64,000 nt of DNA, from assembly GCA_038851755.1 (NCBI GenBank), contig JAWCKR010000006.1, positions 11,350 to 75,349 of the forward strand. The letters run 5' to 3'. Of this stretch, positions 36,081 through 46,005 are shown piece after piece. Under the pieces are notes generated by a model, which had not been told where the DNA came from, ran no database searches, and was given only the letters and a program-made list of their open reading frames with translations. Each line of letters starts with the position of its first letter. Within the stretch, counting starts at the first letter, position 1. The translations under genes were made by a program, and so were the position numbers. The stretch comes from Candidatus Hadarchaeales archaeon. GTDB lineage: Archaea; Hadarchaeota; Hadarchaeia; Hadarchaeales; WYZ-LMO6.

Positions 36081-36593
36081 TTATAACTTATTCCTTCTTT
36101 TCGCTCCCGCGACGGCCCTCCTGGACCTCAAGTACGGGATGAGCCCCCCCGCCCTGAGGATGGAGACAAGGAAGTCAGGTAGGGGTTCTGCTTTCTTTTC
36201 GATGCCCCTGCTCACGTTTCTCACCACTCCCCTGGTCAGGTCGTACTCCACTTCTTCCCCGGTGGAGAAGGAATCCTTCACTCCCCTGCAGATCATCACG
36301 GGAAGACCCTGGTTCACGGCGTTCCTGAAGAAAATCCTGGCGAAAGATTCTGCGATCACCGCCCCCACCCCCGCCCCCTTCAGGGCCAGGGGCGCCTGCT
36401 CCCTGCTGGAGCCGCATCCGAAGTTCCTCCCAGCTATGATCACGTCACCCCTCCTCACCTGTGCAGAGAATCCTGGCAGGAGGTTCTCCAGGGCGTGCCT
36501 CCCCAGCTCCTCCGGGCTCCTCTTCACCAGGTACCTTCCCGGGATGATGTCGTCCGTGGACACGTTGTCTCCCAGGACCCAGGCCTTGGGCAT
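36081..36593 (-). CDS. leuD: 3-isopropylmalate dehydratase small subunit
   Basis: Internal start MPKAWVLGDNVSTDDIIPG. The ORF-track N-terminal 206 aa are an artefact. ATGA couples it with leuC. Confidence 0.85.
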   Translation of the reverse strand: MPKAWVLGDNVSTDDIIPGRYLVKRSPEELGRHALENLLPGFSAQVRRGDVIIAGRNFGCGSSREQAPLALKGAGVGAVIAESFARIFFRNAVNQGLPVMICRGVKDSFSTGEEVEYDLTRGVVRNVSRGIEKKAEPLPDFLVSILRAGGLIPYLRSRRAVAGAKRRNKL

Positions 36594-37786
36594 TACACCT
36601 CCCTCGGATCGGTCAGTTTTCCTCTGAGGGCGGAGGCCGCCACGGTGGCAGGGGAAGCCAGGTAGATCTCTGCTTCGGGGCTCCCCATCCTTCCCCTGAA
36701 GTTCCGGTTGGAGGAGGATACGCACACTTCCCCAGGGGCCAGCATGCCTATGTAGCTTCCCATACAGGCCCCGCAGCCCGGAGGCCCCAGCGTGGCGCCG
36801 GCCTTCACCAGCCTTTCTATCACGCCCAGCCTCAGGGCCTCCAGGTAGGTTTCCCTGGAGGAGGGGACCACCAGCATCCTCACGCGCGGATGGATCTTTC
36901 TTCCTTTCAGGATTCTCGCCGCTTCTATCAAATCCTCGGTCCTCCCGTTGGTGCAGCTCCCCAAGAAAGCCTGGTCTATCTCCTTTCCTTCCACCTCCCT
37001 CACGGGTTTCACATTGTCCACCCTGTGGGGACAGGCCACCTGCGGTTCTATGCTGGGAAGGGAACAGGTCCTCTCGTCGGCGTACTCCGCCCCGGGGTCG
37101 CTCCTCATCTCCTCGAAGGGGAACCTCGCCCTTTTCTCCACGTACCTGCGAGTCAGGGCGTCGGGTGGCACGAGGGCAGTTTTTGCCCCCATCTCCACCC
37201 CCATGTTGCACAGGGTCATTCTCCCTCCGATGCTCATCTTCTTCACCCCCTCACCCTGAAACTCTAGGGCCTGATAGGTGGCACCGTCCGCCCCTATTTC
37301 TCCCACCAGGTGGAGGATGACGTCTTTGGGGTAGACCCTTCTCCCCAGTCTTCCCTCCAGCACGATTTTCACGCTCTCGGGAACCCTGAGCCACAGCTTT
37401 CCAGAAGCCATGGCCGCCGCCAGGTCTGTGGATCCCACCCCTGTGGCGAAGCTCCCCAGCGCCCCATAGGTGCACGTGTGGGAATCGGCTCCGAGGATGA
37501 GGAGCCCGGGAAGAGCGAAGCCCTTCTCAGGCAGCACCTGGTGGCAGACACCCTCGGTGAAGAGATTCTGAATCCCCTGCTCCCTGGCGAACCTCCGCAT
37601 CATCGCGTGGTCCTTGGCTATCTCTATGGAGTTGGGGGGCATCTGGTGGTCGAAGATTATCACCACCCTGGAGGGGTCCCACACTTTCTCGGCTATCTCC
37701 CCGAAGCTCTCTATGGCCAGGGGACCGGTGAGGTCATTCATCATCACCACATCCACTCTGGCTTCCACGATTTCTCCCGGCTCCAC
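36593..37786 (-). CDS. leuC: 3-isopropylmalate dehydratase large subunit (aconitase family); true start probably upstream of the GTG
   Basis: It has an aconitase-family core with Cys ligands. The conserved N-terminal LAEKLLAKKAGKER is encoded in-frame upstream of the annotated GTG with no canonical start. Confidence 0.85.
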   Translation of the reverse strand: MEPGEIVEARVDVVMMNDLTGPLAIESFGEIAEKVWDPSRVVIIFDHQMPPNSIEIAKDHAMMRRFAREQGIQNLFTEGVCHQVLPEKGFALPGLLILGADSHTCTYGALGSFATGVGSTDLAAAMASGKLWLRVPESVKIVLEGRLGRRVYPKDVILHLVGEIGADGATYQALEFQGEGVKKMSIGGRMTLCNMGVEMGAKTALVPPDALTRRYVEKRARFPFEEMRSDPGAEYADERTCSLPSIEPQVACPHRVDNVKPVREVEGKEIDQAFLGSCTNGRTEDLIEAARILKGRKIHPRVRMLVVPSSRETYLEALRLGVIERLVKAGATLGPPGCGACMGSYIGMLAPGEVCVSSSNRNFRGRMGSPEAEIYLASPATVAASALRGKLTDPREV

Positions 37787-37844
37787 TCGTTCCTTCCCGG
37801 CTTTCTTGGCCAGGAGCTTTTCAGCCAGGCATCCGGTCAGGGTC

Positions 37845-39494
37845 TTACCCCCTCACGGCCCCCTCGGCGGCCGAGCTGGCATGCTCGGCGTAGAACTTCA
37901 GGTACCCCGTCAGGGACACTTTCCTCGGCCTGAAGGCTTTTTTCCTCTCCTCGAGCAGGCCCTCCTCCACGAGCAAATCCAGCCTGCCCTCCCTCGCATC
38001 GATGAGGATTCCATCACCGTCTTTCACCAGGGCTATCGGTCCCCCCTCCACCGCCTCTGGGGAGACATGGCCCACGCACATTCCTCTCGTTCCCCCTGAG
38101 AACCTTCCGTCCGTCACCAGGGCCACCTCCTCCAGCATGCCCATTCCGGCCAGCAGGGAGGTGGCTGAGAGCATCTCCCTCATTCCTGGACCTCCCTTGG
38201 GACCCTCATACCTTATCACCACCACCTCCCCCCTCCTGATCCTCTTCTCGGAAATGGCCCTCACCGCCGCTTCTTCCCCATCGAAGACTCTGGCCTTTCC
38301 AGAGAACCGGAGGCTTCTCAGTCCGGCCACCTTCAGCACGGCACCCTTGGGCGCAAGGGTTCCGTAGAGGATAACGATTCCTCCACTCTTCCTGTAGGGC
38401 CTCGAGAGGGGTCTTATGACCTCCCCCTTCATCACCTTCACCCCTTTTAGGTTGGAGCCCACGGTCTTCCCTGTCACGGTGAGGGGAGTGCCCTTCACCA
38501 GCCTCCCCAGCTGCTTCATGAGGGCCGGAATCCCTCCCGCCTCGTGCAGGTCCACCACCATGTGCTCCCCCCCCGGACGCAGGCTACAGAGTTGCGGGAC
38601 CCTCTTGCTGAGCCTGTCGAAGACCTCAAGGGGAAGGCTGATTCCCACCTCTCTGGCTATAGCCGGTAGGTGGAGTACGGTGTTGGTGGAGCCACCCAGC
38701 GCCATGTCTACCGTCACGGCGTTTTCGAAGGCGCTCCTGGTCAGGATTCTGCTGGGTCTAATCCCTCTTCTGAGAAGCTCCATCACCTGCTCGCCGGTCT
38801 TCCTGGCGAGCTTGAGCTTCTCCGAGCTCACGGCCGGGCACGTGGCTACGCCGGGCAGGGACATTCCCAGCGCCTCTATCACGCAAGCCATGGTGTTGGC
38901 GGTGAACATGCCCGCGCAGGAGCCAGGGGTGGGGCAGCAGCGGTCCTCTATCTCAAGCGCTTCGTGCTCCATCAGTTTCCCGCTCTTCACCTCACCCACG
39001 GCCTCGAAGGCGGTGATCACATCCACCCTCTTCCCCCTCCACTCCCCCGGCAGCATGGGGCCCCCGGTGAGCATGATGGAGGGAAGGTCGACCCTAGCCA
39101 GAGCCATGAGCATGCCTGGCTCTATCTTGTCACAGCTGGCTATGGCCACCGCCGCATCGAAAGGGTAGGCTCTCAGCATCAGCTCCAGGCTGTCCGCTAT
39201 CACTTCCCTGGAGGGGAGGGAATAGCGCATCCCCTCGGTGCCCATGCATATCCCGTCGCAGATGGCTATGGTGTTGAACTCCATGGGCGTGCCGCCGGCG
39301 CACCTCACGCCTTCCGCCACGGCCTCGGCCAGAGCTCTGAGGTGGACGTGTCCTGGCACCACCCTGTTCCAGGAGTTGGCTATGGCCACCAGGGGACGAC
39401 CGAGATCGGTGTCGTTGTAACCGCAGGCCTTCAGGAGGGCTCTCTTGGGCAGCCCCTCTATTCCCCCCACCACCTCTCGGCTGCGGAGTTTCAT
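37845..39494 (-). CDS. ilvD: dihydroxy-acid dehydratase
   Basis: The ILVD/EDD-family motifs CDGICMG and SGGTRG are present. Confidence 0.9.
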   Translation of the reverse strand: MKLRSREVVGGIEGLPKRALLKACGYNDTDLGRPLVAIANSWNRVVPGHVHLRALAEAVAEGVRCAGGTPMEFNTIAICDGICMGTEGMRYSLPSREVIADSLELMLRAYPFDAAVAIASCDKIEPGMLMALARVDLPSIMLTGGPMLPGEWRGKRVDVITAFEAVGEVKSGKLMEHEALEIEDRCCPTPGSCAGMFTANTMACVIEALGMSLPGVATCPAVSSEKLKLARKTGEQVMELLRRGIRPSRILTRSAFENAVTVDMALGGSTNTVLHLPAIAREVGISLPLEVFDRLSKRVPQLCSLRPGGEHMVVDLHEAGGIPALMKQLGRLVKGTPLTVTGKTVGSNLKGVKVMKGEVIRPLSRPYRKSGGIVILYGTLAPKGAVLKVAGLRSLRFSGKARVFDGEEAAVRAISEKRIRRGEVVVIRYEGPKGGPGMREMLSATSLLAGMGMLEEVALVTDGRFSGGTRGMCVGHVSPEAVEGGPIALVKDGDGILIDAREGRLDLLVEEGLLEERKKAFRPRKVSLTGYLKFYAEHASSAAEGAVRG

Positions 39495-39539
39495 CGAGGT
39501 CTAAAGAATTTCTTCTTTGGGCTTAAAACTTTCTCGAGC

Positions 39540-40526
39540 TTATTTCTCTATTCCCGCCCACTTCCGGAGTTCTCTTCCCACCTTCTCTATCAGGTGTTCC
39601 TTCCCCTTCTCCCTCATCTCCCGCAGATGGGGTAGCCCCTTCTGGCTTTCCTCTATCCACTCCCTGGCGAAGGTCCCGTTTTGGATGTCCCGCAGGAGTT
39701 CTTTCATCACCTTCCTGGTTTCTTCTCCGATGAGCCTTGGTCCCCTGGTCCTCCCCCCATACTCTGCGGTGTTGCTCACTGCCGCCATCATCCCTTCTAT
39801 TCCCCTCTCGTAGATGAGGTCCACAATGAGCTTCAGCTCGTGAAGGCACTCGAAGTAGGCGTTCTCAGGCTGGTACCCTGCTTCCACCAGCGTCTCGAAA
39901 CCGGCCTTGATGAGCTCAGATACCCCTCCCACCAGTACCGCCTGCTCTCCGAAGAGGTCGGTTTCGGTCTCCTCCTTGAAGGTGGTCTGGAGCACACCTA
40001 TCCTGGTGAGACCTATGCCTTTGGCCATGGCCAAAGCGGTCCTCAGGGCTTTCCCCGTAGCGTCCTGGAACACCGCCACCAGGCCCGGGGTGCCCGACCC
40101 CTGCAAGTACATCTTCCTGAGCATGGCCCCAGGAGCTTTGGGTGCCACCATGATGACATCCACCTTGGGTGGAGGTACGATCTGTCTGAAATGGATATTG
40201 AAGCCGTGGCTGAAGCCCAAGGTCTTGCCCTCCTTGAGGTGAGGGGAGATGGCGTTCCTGTAGAGGGGTCCCTGTTGTTCGTCAGGGATGAGGAAGTGGA
40301 GGATATCGGCCCTCTTGGAGGCCTCCTCAACCTCGTAGACCTCGAAACCGTCCCTCTCCGCCCTTTCCCAGCTGGGGCCCTTTCTTGCCCCCACGATGAC
40401 CCTGCAGCCAGAGTCCCGGAGGTTCTGTGCCTGGGCATGTCCCTGGTTCCCGTAGCCTATCACGGCTATGGTCCTGTTTTCTATCCAGCCCAGGTCGGCG
40501 TCTCCATCCAGGTAGATCTTGGACAT
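39540..40526 (-). CDS. ilvC: ketol-acid reductoisomerase
   Basis: It has [21 protein letters not shown] and the C-terminal KARI knotted domain. Confidence 0.9.
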   Translation of the reverse strand: MSKIYLDGDADLGWIENRTIAVIGYGNQGHAQAQNLRDSGCRVIVGARKGPSWERAERDGFEVYEVEEASKRADILHFLIPDEQQGPLYRNAISPHLKEGKTLGFSHGFNIHFRQIVPPPKVDVIMVAPKAPGAMLRKMYLQGSGTPGLVAVFQDATGKALRTALAMAKGIGLTRIGVLQTTFKEETETDLFGEQAVLVGGVSELIKAGFETLVEAGYQPENAYFECLHELKLIVDLIYERGIEGMMAAVSNTAEYGGRTRGPRLIGEETRKVMKELLRDIQNGTFAREWIEESQKGLPHLREMREKGKEHLIEKVGRELRKWAGIEK

Positions 40527-40576
40527 GATGTCCGCCGAGTTTATAGGGAGGTGGGAGTTATAAAGCTCGCTGGGGG

Positions 40577-41077
40577 TCAGGGGGAACCCTTGTTGTTCCT
40601 CGAGAGGTAGACTTGTCCGGAGCGGGCCACCTCTTTCAGCAGGCCCTGACCCAGCGAGGAGAGGAGACGCTCCACCTCCTCATGGTTCCCGCCTATCTCT
40701 CCTATGAGGCTTCCCTCCTTTATCTCCAGCACCCTCCCTCCAGCAGATTGAACGAGTTTTATGGTATCAGACATCTCCTCCTCCTCGAGCTTCCTCGTCT
40801 TGAAGAGGCAGATCTCCCTCGCTATGCTGTTCTCTGGCTCCAGCACCTCCACCTCCACGATGGGCTCCAGCCTGAGGAGGACCTTCCTCATGAAGGCCGC
40901 CATCCTGTCATCAGCCTGGAAGAGGATGATCATCCTGGCCAGACCGGAGGGCTCTATGCCCACGGTGATGGAGTCCATGTTGATCTGCCTGCGGGTGAAG
41001 CATCGGGACACCCTCATCATCACACCCGCCACGTTCTCGCAGAGCACGGAGAAGATTCTGGTCTTCATCTCAGTCAC
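40577..41077 (-). CDS. ilvN: acetolactate synthase small (regulatory) subunit
   Basis: It has an N-terminal ACT domain. It overlaps ilvB by 8 nt. Confidence 0.8.
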   Translation of the reverse strand: MTEMKTRIFSVLCENVAGVMMRVSRCFTRRQINMDSITVGIEPSGLARMIILFQADDRMAAFMRKVLLRLEPIVEVEVLEPENSIAREICLFKTRKLEEEEMSDTIKLVQSAGGRVLEIKEGSLIGEIGGNHEEVERLLSSLGQGLLKEVARSGQVYLSRNNKGSP

Positions 41078-42755
41078 CCACGATCATCTGGTCCAGCTTC
41101 CCGCCTGCGGGGACCATGGGCAGCACGTGCTCCTCAGGGTCTATCACCACGTCCAGAACCGCGGGTTTCCCGCACCTGAGGGCCTCCCTCAGCTTGGGAG
41201 CCATCTCTCCCGGTCTAGTGACCCTGTCTCCCCAGGCGCCGTAAGCCTCGGCCAGCTTCACGAAGTCCGGGCTCTTCCCCAGGTAGGTCTGCGATCTCCT
41301 GCCCCCGTAGAAGAGGTCCTGCCACTGCTTCACCATCCCCAGGTAGGAGTTGTCGAAGATGCAGCACACCACGTTGATTCCGTTCTCCACAGCCGTAGCC
41401 AGTTCTTGGGAGTTCATGAGGAAGCTCCCGTCTCCAGCCACATCCACCACCTTCTTCTCAGGCAGGGCGACCTTCACCCCCAGCGAGGCAGGGAAGCCGA
41501 ATCCCATGGTTCCCAACCCTCCGGAGGAGATGAACTTCCTGGGCCCCCTGACGGTGCAGTAGTGGGCGGCCCACATCTGGCACTGGCCGACCTCCGTCAC
41601 CACCACGGAATCCTCGTCCAGCACTTCCATGATCTCCTTTATCACCCTCTGGGGTTTCAGGGGGATGTCGTCGTAGTCCATCTTGGGGTAGAACTCCCTG
41701 CGCATTTGCAGGACCCTCTCCCTCCACTCCGACCTCACTCCCCTCCTCGCCCTCCCCTTCAGGGCCTTCAGAATCTCCCTGAGGGTGCGCTTGGCGTCAC
41801 CCACGATCGAGACATCCACCCTCACCAGCTTCCCTATCTCCACGGGATCTATGTCTATGTGGATGATCTTGGCCTTCGGGGCGAAGTGCTTGGCGTCCCC
41901 CGTGGACCTGTCGCTGAACCTCACGCCCACGCCTATCAGGAGGTCGCACTCCGTCACGGCCAGGTTGGCGGCCCTCCTCCCGTGCATTCCCAGCATTCCC
42001 AGGGAGAGGGGATGGTCCTCGGGTATGCTCCCCTTTCCCATGAGGGAGGTCACGACCGGGGCACCCAGCAGCTCGGCCAGCTCCACCAGCTCAGGGGAGG
42101 CCCCCGACCAGATCACCCCTCCCCCGGCGAAGAGGACCGGGCGCTCAGCCCCCTCGATGAGTTTCACGGCTTCCTCCACCCGGTGCGGGTCTGGATCTCG
42201 CCTCTCCTTTTCCCTCCTCAGGACCTCAGCGGGTATCTTCACCAGGGCCTTGGAGGTCTGGACATCCCTCGGCAGGTCGATGTGAACGGGACCTGGCCTG
42301 CCCGCCATGGCGATCTGGAAGGCCTTTCTGACCGCCTCCACCAGTTCCTGCACGCTCTTGACCAAGAAGTTGTGTTTGGTGATGGGGAGCATGAGGCTGA
42401 GGAGGTCGGCTTCCTGGAAGGCGTCGGTCCCCAGGAAGGAGGTGGGCACCTGACCGGTGATGGCCACCACCGGTGAGCTGTCCATGTAGGCGTTGAGGAT
42501 GCCGGTCACCAGGTTGCAGGCCCCAGGGCCCGAGGTGGCCATGCATACCCCAGGTCTTCCCAGGGCCCTGGCGTAGCCGTCGGCGGCGTGGGCTGCCGCC
42601 TGCTCGTGCCTCACCAGGATGTGCTTGAGGGAAGGCTCCTCGTAGAGCACATCGTAGACGGGGATGATGGCCCCTCCAGGAATCCCGAAGATGTGCCTCA
42701 CCCCCTCGCTCTTGAGAGCAGAGATGAGGGCAGCAGCACCCGTGATTTCTTTCAT
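41070..42755 (-). CDS. ilvB: acetolactate synthase large subunit (ThDP-dependent)
   Basis: It has the ThDP-binding GDGSF...N motif (VAGDGSFLMN). Confidence 0.9.
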   Translation of the reverse strand: MKEITGAAALISALKSEGVRHIFGIPGGAIIPVYDVLYEEPSLKHILVRHEQAAAHAADGYARALGRPGVCMATSGPGACNLVTGILNAYMDSSPVVAITGQVPTSFLGTDAFQEADLLSLMLPITKHNFLVKSVQELVEAVRKAFQIAMAGRPGPVHIDLPRDVQTSKALVKIPAEVLRREKERRDPDPHRVEEAVKLIEGAERPVLFAGGGVIWSGASPELVELAELLGAPVVTSLMGKGSIPEDHPLSLGMLGMHGRRAANLAVTECDLLIGVGVRFSDRSTGDAKHFAPKAKIIHIDIDPVEIGKLVRVDVSIVGDAKRTLREILKALKGRARRGVRSEWRERVLQMRREFYPKMDYDDIPLKPQRVIKEIMEVLDEDSVVVTEVGQCQMWAAHYCTVRGPRKFISSGGLGTMGFGFPASLGVKVALPEKKVVDVAGDGSFLMNSQELATAVENGINVVCCIFDNSYLGMVKQWQDLFYGGRRSQTYLGKSPDFVKLAEAYGAWGDRVTRPGEMAPKLREALRCGKPAVLDVVIDPEEHVLPMVPAGGKLDQMIVGD

Positions 42756-42792
42756 GCTTTATCTCCCGAGGTGTGCGGGTTATTAACCCTTC

Positions 42793-43083
42793 TCACATCC
42801 TCACGAACTGGGCGTGGGCTACCCCCTGTACCCTGAGCACGCACCCTGGATCTATGAGGCCCTCCTTCACAGCGTCCTCCACGATGGAACCCACCAGGTT
42901 GCCTATGGTGGCCTCCCTCATGGCCTGCAGGCACTCCGACACGGTCGCCTCTCTCCCTCGGTAGAACTCCTCGCTCACCTTCAACCTTATCTCTCCCTCC
43001 TTAAACTCCTTTCCCAGCAGCTCCGCGTCGCACACCGTTACCAGGACCTCCTCTCCCACCCTCCTTATCCTGAGTTCGGGCAT
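42793..43083 (-). CDS. small conserved archaeal protein (DUF424-like) coupled to aIF2-beta
   Basis: Internal start MPELRIRRVGEEV. It is coupled by ATGA to the upstream aIF2-beta stop. Confidence 0.4.
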   Translation of the reverse strand: MPELRIRRVGEEVLVTVCDAELLGKEFKEGEIRLKVSEEFYRGREATVSECLQAMREATIGNLVGSIVEDAVKEGLIDPGCVLRVQGVAHAQFVRM

Positions 43084-43490
43084 CAGATGTTCCTCACGGA
43101 GGCCCTGGCCCCGCAGGCTTCGCACCTCATCATGTAGACCCTCCCCTGCTTCACCAGCTTGGTGTCGGGCCTGTTGCAGCTCTTGCACCTCACGAACTCC
43201 TCCACGTACCTGTCTATCCTTCCCTTCACCACGGAGGAGGTGAACTTCCCCTGGAAGAGGGCCTGGGTCCCGTCCGAGCTGCCTGCCGCTCCCAGCTCCC
43301 TGAGGAGGTACTTCATGAGGTGCTCGGGTTCCCTGTTGAGGGCGGAGGCTATGGCCTTGAGGTTTTTGAGGACCGTCCTGGTTCCGGCGGTGACTACTTC
43401 CGGCTCGGGTATCTTCAGCCTTTCCTTCTCGGACTCCACCTTGGGGAGGTTCTGCAGGGCCCTCTCAAGCCACTCCTGGTACTTGTCCAT
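43083..43490 (-). CDS. eif2b: translation initiation factor 2 subunit beta (aIF2-beta)
   Basis: The C-terminal zinc ribbon is CKSCNRPDT...CEACG and the central helix-turn-helix region is conserved. Confidence 0.8.
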   Translation of the reverse strand: MDKYQEWLERALQNLPKVESEKERLKIPEPEVVTAGTRTVLKNLKAIASALNREPEHLMKYLLRELGAAGSSDGTQALFQGKFTSSVVKGRIDRYVEEFVRCKSCNRPDTKLVKQGRVYMMRCEACGARASVRNI

Positions 43491-44195
43491 TCACCTCACC
43501 CTCTGGTACCTCCCCGCCCTCACCTCAAATACCTCTCCCTCGTCCATGAGGACGAGCAGGACATCCTCCACCTCCTTCCTCCCCACCCCAAGCTCCCTCT
43601 CCAGTTCCTCCTCCCTCACCCCCTCTCCCCTGTCGAGCCTCTCCAGGGCCAGCAGGGTCCTCTTCTTGAGCTCCTCAGGCACCTTCGGGAGTTCCAGCTC
43701 CTCTATCTCCTCCACCTCGACCTCCTCTTCCCCGCCCCCGGGGGAGGCCTCGACCCTCAGCTCCCTGGCCTCGAGCTTCTTGGGTCTGATGCCCCTGGCC
43801 AGAGCCTTTCTCCTGGCCAGCAGGATCTCCAGCTCCCTCACCACCTCCCAGTTCGGGTCTTTGACCTTGAGCAAGAGGTATGGCCTGAGGTATCTCTCCC
43901 CCAGGTACTCCCTCACCCCCCCTATCACGTCCACGAGGTCCCCCACCTTCAGCTCATCGAGTTCCTTCACGCTTTCTCCCCACCCCCTCAGCGAGATCAC
44001 GCCCGTGCCGTCGTCCAGGTGGACAGTGCAGTACCCACCGTCTTCCCTCACCCACTTATCCACCACCGTCCCCATCACCCTCGCCCTGGAGACCTTCTCC
44101 CCCCATGGTGTGATCAGGTGGGGGGCCTCCTCCTCGGAGGAAACGTATTCGCCCTGGAGCAGTTCCTCCACCTTCACCTTCCGGGCCGCGGCCAT
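43491..44195 (-). CDS. OB-fold nucleic-acid-binding protein with C-terminal winged helix (RPA32/Rpa2-like)
   Basis: The OB-fold segment is GTVVDKWVR...VGDLVDVIGGV. The acidic linker is followed by the winged-helix-like segment LLALERL...EVF. Confidence 0.45.
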   Translation of the reverse strand: MAAARKVKVEELLQGEYVSSEEEAPHLITPWGEKVSRARVMGTVVDKWVREDGGYCTVHLDDGTGVISLRGWGESVKELDELKVGDLVDVIGGVREYLGERYLRPYLLLKVKDPNWEVVRELEILLARRKALARGIRPKKLEARELRVEASPGGGEEEVEVEEIEELELPKVPEELKKRTLLALERLDRGEGVREEELERELGVGRKEVEDVLLVLMDEGEVFEVRAGRYQRVR

Positions 44196-44221
44196 TCTTA
44201 AACTGTCAGCATGGCTATTAT

Positions 44222-44785
44222 TTGATGCTTGTGATGGGGCTCATCACCTTCCAGCTGTCTGAACTCCGCAGGTGGGTGGGCCTGGCGGGGGGAAGGGCCA
44301 GTCCCCTCCCGGTGGAGGAGGTGCTGGAGAGGGTGAGGAAGGTGGATGGGGAAAGGGGGACGGTCACCCAGCTCTTCGACGCCACCAGGGTAGCAGGACT
44401 GGCCCACCTCGCCCATGCGAGCAGGCTGGCCCTCCTCGCCCGCTCGAGGGGTTCGGGTTTCGCCGACTCCCTTTCCATGGAGCTGGTGTGCTGGGCGGCG
44501 GCGGATAGACAGATAGGGAGGGCCCTGGAGAAGGTGGGCCTGAGGAAGGACTCTCGCACCGTGGCCCTGGTCTCGGTGGGGGAAGAGAGGGAGGCGGTGG
44601 AGAAGGCCCTAGAAGACATCATGCGGGAAACGGGGATGAAGAGGGAGGACGGCGTGGTGGAGTTCCACCCCTCCAAGGTAAAGATCCTCTCGGAGGTTTT
44701 CTCGCTTCCTGAGGAGATGGTCAGGAAACTTGGGGTTCAGAAGCTGGTGCTGGAGAGGGTGGCGCTCCTGGCTCTGGAGCGGTGA
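44222..44785 (+). CDS. cgi121: KEOPS subunit Cgi121
   Basis: It resembles archaeal Cgi121 over LFDATRVAGLAHLAHASRLALLA...LEKVGLRKDSRTVALV. The start is uncertain. Confidence 0.5.
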   Translation: MMLVMGLITFQLSELRRWVGLAGGRASPLPVEEVLERVRKVDGERGTVTQLFDATRVAGLAHLAHASRLALLARSRGSGFADSLSMELVCWAAADRQIGRALEKVGLRKDSRTVALVSVGEEREAVEKALEDIMRETGMKREDGVVEFHPSKVKILSEVFSLPEEMVRKLGVQKLVLERVALLALER

Positions 44786-45965
44786 TTTTCTCCGATTTGC
44801 ACATCTCCGCGAACCTCTTGAGGGCCCGGTAGGTTCCCCTGACCACCAGCCAGTCCCCCGCCTTCAGTCTCCTCTTTGCCTCAGGCTCGAACAGGTATCT
44901 CCTCCCCCTTTCTATCGCCATCACATCCACCCCCACGCTCGTCTCCAGGTTCAGCTGCCCGAGGCTCTTTCCCTCCAGCCTGGAGCCCTTCTCCACCTTT
45001 ACCTTGGCCACCTGCTCGTCCGCCCTCGAGAGGGCCTCCGCGAACACTGGGTGCAGTTCCTCCCCCCTCAGCACCACATCGGCGATGGTGTCAGCCGCGT
45101 CCGAGATCTTCTCCAGGCACTTCACCACCTGCAAAAGGCTGTTGAACCTCCTGAGGTCCTGCTCTTCCCTGCTCGTCTTCAGAGTTTCCAGCCACAGCTG
45201 GTAGTTCAGCTTGTCGAATCTCTCCTCCAGCCTCCTGACCTCCTCTGCCAGTTCTCTGGAGGTGAGGAGGACGGAGGAGTAGGCGAGGTCCACCATCACG
45301 CTGCTCAGGTCGTACATCTGGGCCAGCTCCAGCTCCAGCTTGGAAGGCTTCTCCCTTCCCTCCGCCTGGGCCTTCCTGAGGCCGCTGAGCCTCTGCAGCA
45401 CGGAAATCCCCCCTTCGGGCCCCCTGGCCACCAGCAGGTCCCCTTCCCTCAGCTCCATGTCAGGCGGAGGGGGAACGGACCAGTCCTTCTCCCTCTTCAC
45501 CGCCAGGATTCTCACCCCGATCTTGGAGGGCAGCTCAAGCTCCTCCAGCTTCTTGTGCAGAAGGGCCGACCCCTCGCCCACGGTTACTTGGGAGATCCTC
45601 TCCTCGCAACGGAGGATGGCCTTCTTCACCACCGGGTGTATCTCCATCCCCCTCAGGACCAGGTCCACCATGTCATCGGTGGAGTTGGAGAGGGCCTCAG
45701 CGGCGCTGGCTATCTGCAGCACCCCTGCGATCTTCCTCGCCTCTTCCACGTTGCGCGCGGCGAGCACCGCCACCGTGCGTATTTCGTACATGAGCTTGTC
45801 CATCTTCAGCTCCAGCTCCCTCACCTTTTCCGCCAGCTCGCGATTCTCGAAGAGGAGGGAAGCGCGGGCTAGGTCCATCACCCAGTCCGAAGTGTTCTTC
45901 ATCTCGGTGAGCAAGCCGCGCACGCTACGTGGCTCTTCCTTGCTTTCTGCCATGTTCTTGTACAT
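44721..45965 (-). CDS. PhoU-domain/TrkA-C-domain regulatory protein (duplicated PhoU + TrkA_C modules)
   Basis: Two repeats, each with a PhoU-like helical bundle and a TrkA-C segment such as GDLLVARGPEGGISVL and GDWLVVRGTYRAL. Confidence 0.6.
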   Translation of the reverse strand: MYKNMAESKEEPRSVRGLLTEMKNTSDWVMDLARASLLFENRELAEKVRELELKMDKLMYEIRTVAVLAARNVEEARKIAGVLQIASAAEALSNSTDDMVDLVLRGMEIHPVVKKAILRCEERISQVTVGEGSALLHKKLEELELPSKIGVRILAVKREKDWSVPPPPDMELREGDLLVARGPEGGISVLQRLSGLRKAQAEGREKPSKLELELAQMYDLSSVMVDLAYSSVLLTSRELAEEVRRLEERFDKLNYQLWLETLKTSREEQDLRRFNSLLQVVKCLEKISDAADTIADVVLRGEELHPVFAEALSRADEQVAKVKVEKGSRLEGKSLGQLNLETSVGVDVMAIERGRRYLFEPEAKRRLKAGDWLVVRGTYRALKRFAEMCKSEKITAPEPGAPPSPAPASEPQVS

Positions 45966-46005
45966 CTTGAGTTCACCCCAAGAAAAATAAGCGTTTCGAG
46001 AGGCC

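Noticed and set aside
44198-44676. Reverse-strand ORFs overlapping cgi121 (44198-44416, 44218-44676)
   Set aside because: They are antisense to a gene with a recognisable family match, and their own translations have no motifs.
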